Part shown: positions 61,501 to 64,000 of the stretch, one piece after another
How positions within the stretch are numbered: position 1 is the stretch's first letter
Layout of the letters: each line of letters begins with the position of its first letter
NCBI GenBank assembly: GCA_036172245.1
Contig: JAYWIR010000001.1
Span: 6,324,001-6,388,000 of the forward strand
DNA: 64,000 bases
Reading direction: 5' to 3'
Origin: Raillietiella orientalis
Lineage: Eukaryota
Notes under the pieces: generated by a model
What the model saw: the letters and a program-made list of their open reading frames with translations, nothing else
Database searches by the model: none
What the model was told of the DNA's origin: nothing
Made by a program: the position numbers and the translations under genes

Positions 61501-62499
61501 AGGAGAGTTTCCACGAGCCAAGGAGATCAAACATGGCGTTGTCCGCCATCTGCATTTTCGGGCGTGAGTCCGCGCGGGGAGCTGCTTCGCCTCGGTTTGC
61601 ACACATCCGAAAAATGTGCCTCGGAATACCCCAGAAGAAGAACCTGGGAGAGACCCGAATCCTCCCGGCGGCAGACAACCACCGTGGGTTTTTCCCTCTC
61701 CGCTCTCGGGATCGGTAGCTTCCGGTCGCCGAAATCCCGAAATGTTTCTTTTTTTACCAACAAATTCGGTCTCGACCTCGAGGAGGGGAGAACGGTGCCT
61801 CTGGGCGGCGCGAGGCCGGCAATGGAGGAGCGAATCGCGCGCGGGCACGCACGCGTACGTACGCACGCACGCACGTGTACACATTCCACAAGCGGCGTGT
61901 CCGAGAAAAGCATCAGAGAAGCGTCTCTGCCTGGCTGACCAGAGCGGCAAAGTCAGGACCGCGTTCCTCGGAGCTGCTCGAGTGTTTCCCAACACACCTG
62001 AAAGGGGAAAAGGAAAGGGGAAAAACCGGAGTCCACGCATGCGCCTCTGCAAAGCGGGGTGCGTGAATGAATGGGCGGGCTGCGTTGGTTGCTGACCGTG
62101 AATGATCGCCGTGGGATGGCGCCGGTGGACGCCGGGGCGGAACGAGAGTGCGCGACCGGCCCTGGCGACGGAACCGGCTGGCAGCGGGGACCGCGGCGAC
62201 CCCGAACCGCTCGAGGACTCCGGCGCGCAGTTGACTTGAAGCGCGACGGGACCGCGCCGGAAAGATGGCTTCCGCGAGCCGAGGGCGGTCGGGCTCGTGC
62301 CCGACCTCCCTCGGCTGCAAAAAAATGTCTTCTCGGTTTCATCACCCGCTCCGGAACCAGGAGCTCGTCGATCCGCAGCACCAGGGAAAGCAGAGAATGC
62401 AGCTCACGCGCACCTGACACCCCGGGTGAACTCGAACGCTCAGCAGCAAACCGGAAGCTCCTCACCCCTCCGGCCCAGGAGGAAACCGCACTGCGTCCG

Positions 62500-62820
62500 G
62501 CTCGTCTTCCACACTCTCGAAACTATGCAGCAAGTGCTTGCCGGCATCCTCGGAAGGATGCTGAGGACCGCCCGCAGCAGGATGTGACTCCTTCCCGCGG
62601 CTCCCCTCCTTCCAAATCTATTTATTTATTTTCGTTTTTGTTTCTTTGTTTCCTTTTTGCCTGCCCCCCTCCCTTCTGCTGCCGTGGAGGACCTCACCGG
62701 TCTGCGGTAACCCGGCAGGCTCTCGGTAAGACGGACGTGGTTGGGGACCACCGGTCCAACCAGGATCTTCTGAGAGTATTTATTTTCATCTAAATGAACG
62801 CCCCGGTGCACCCAGGTGTG
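62500..62820 (+). mobile_element. 5'-truncated copy D of the AATAAA-hairpin non-LTR family
   Basis: LETMQQVLAGILGRMLRTARSRM* (stop 62587) is clearly similar to copy B at the nucleotide level. The 3'UTR is shared and ends AATGAACGCCCCGGTGCACCCAGGTG. Confidence 0.78.
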
Positions 62821-64000
62821 AACACGCTCCGGGAAAAATCGCTCCCGATCGCCCTTCCTGGCGCTCGAAGCGTGCAGAAAGGTCCCGTGGCCGCTGATGC
62901 GAGACCGCGTTGAGGCTTGCTTGTTTCGGGAACCGTGCTCTTTCGCTCGGGGGACGAGGAAAAACCACGAGGTGCTGCTCCCGTCACGTGCTGCAGAGCG
63001 GGAGCGCGGATCCCCATCGACGGCTTCCGGGAGAACTTCCCGTTCGGTGCGGCCACCGCGCAGACCACGGTCGGTTCTTTTTTAAGCGGCGCCGAAAATC
63101 GAAAAAAAAAATCCGAGAATCGAAATTCCTCTGGACCGAGGGAATCCTCTCTCTCCCCCCCCCCCTTTCCATAAGGGTCGGATTTCTCACGTCATTAAGA
63201 AAATCAAGGGATCACCAAACATTTTGAAACAGCCACCACAGAGGAGTGGAGTCTTTGAGACTCGTTCCTCTGGGACCCCTGGGCTCCCTTGGGATCGCTC
63301 GCCTTTCTGCTTTGAGGGCAAGGCAAACGGGAACACGAGGTAGGCAGCTGTGGGCCGACATTTTTCCACACACGCGTTTTTATTGCATTACGGAAACTCC
63401 GTTCACAAATGCTTGGTATTTTTTTTTTTTTTTAGAAAAAAAAAAAAGAAGAAGCTACATGCATGCGCCCGCACGTACACACGCAAACAAATACAAACTA
63501 TATACATATACGGAATTACTGACAGTGAATTTTTCATCTAATTATATACGGCGCCGCACTCTGCGCGTGCGCACGTTTCTGTGTTACCCCGGGGAGGGGG
63601 CAGCACGTGTGCAAAGCGAATGAAATTCCCTAAAAGAGAAATGGCTGAAGACATCCGGGGTCGGCGCGATCCCGAATCGCACAGAAGCAAGTAATAACTA
63701 CTAGTAACAACAGCTAGTAGTGGCGGCGAAAATCGAGCTCTCGTGAGGGAGCGAACCTCCACGTCCCGGCGGATCTCCGACCCTCGCGTTTCCGGCGCGG
63801 CTCGCGTGCACTTGGGGTGTTCCGATCACGCGGATCCGGGAGTGGGGGAAGCGTCGGAGAGGAGGACGCGGTGGCGCCGGTCCGCCGACGCGCCACCGCG
63901 GCAAGAAAGGAAAAACCAGGAGTACGGTCCTGGCCCGGGGGATTCCCTCCCCTTCCCCCTTCCTCCTCGCGGGGAACAGCACCTTCGTGAAACGGTCGCC

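Noticed and set aside
36500-64000. Many long overlapping six-frame ORFs (e.g. 39515-40783, 42712-44103, 49694-50674)
   Set aside because: R/P/G/A-rich, open on several frames at once and crossing homopolymer runs, as expected in stop-poor GC-rich DNA. Only the embedded NAB exons and retroelement fragments have recognisable motifs.
1-64000. CRISPR array or prokaryotic operon/defence system
   Set aside because: No regularly spaced repeat-spacer units were seen. Genes are spliced and eukaryotic, and the bacterial DNA is limited to ~490 bp of decayed fragments.

Overview
Eukaryotic window, most likely an arthropod (inferred from gene content and Wolbachia-like DNA), with very short GT-AG introns of 35-55 nt. 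Composition is sharply mosaic by eye: GC-rich ~1.1-8 kb, AT-rich ~8.1-30.4 kb, intermediate ~31-36.5 kb and GC-rich ~36.5-64 kb. Spliced genes reconstructed by hand with consistent intron phases are eIF4B (-), TMUB (-), a POGZ/ZNF280-like zinc-finger gene (+) and NAB (-). A small Spindle-F/TAX1BP1-like UBZ protein (+) and a candidate Fog/GBP-like secreted protein (-) are less certain. Four points stand out. (1) The POGZ-like gene has no C-terminal pogo DDE domain, but carries an apparently inactive Merlin/IS1595-type transposase domain in one symmetric 909-nt exon. (2) A ~490-bp mosaic of three bacterial, Wolbachia-like fragments (IS256, lolC/E, clpB) is bracketed by a 27-bp imperfect direct repeat. 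(3) Four copies of a non-LTR retrotransposon family end in AATAAA plus a GC hairpin with no poly(A) tail, and one has a perfect 16-bp TSD. (4) Two convergent gene pairs have stop codons only 25 and 49 nt apart. Most long six-frame ORFs in the GC-rich parts are spurious. Family assignments come from recalled motifs, not database searches.
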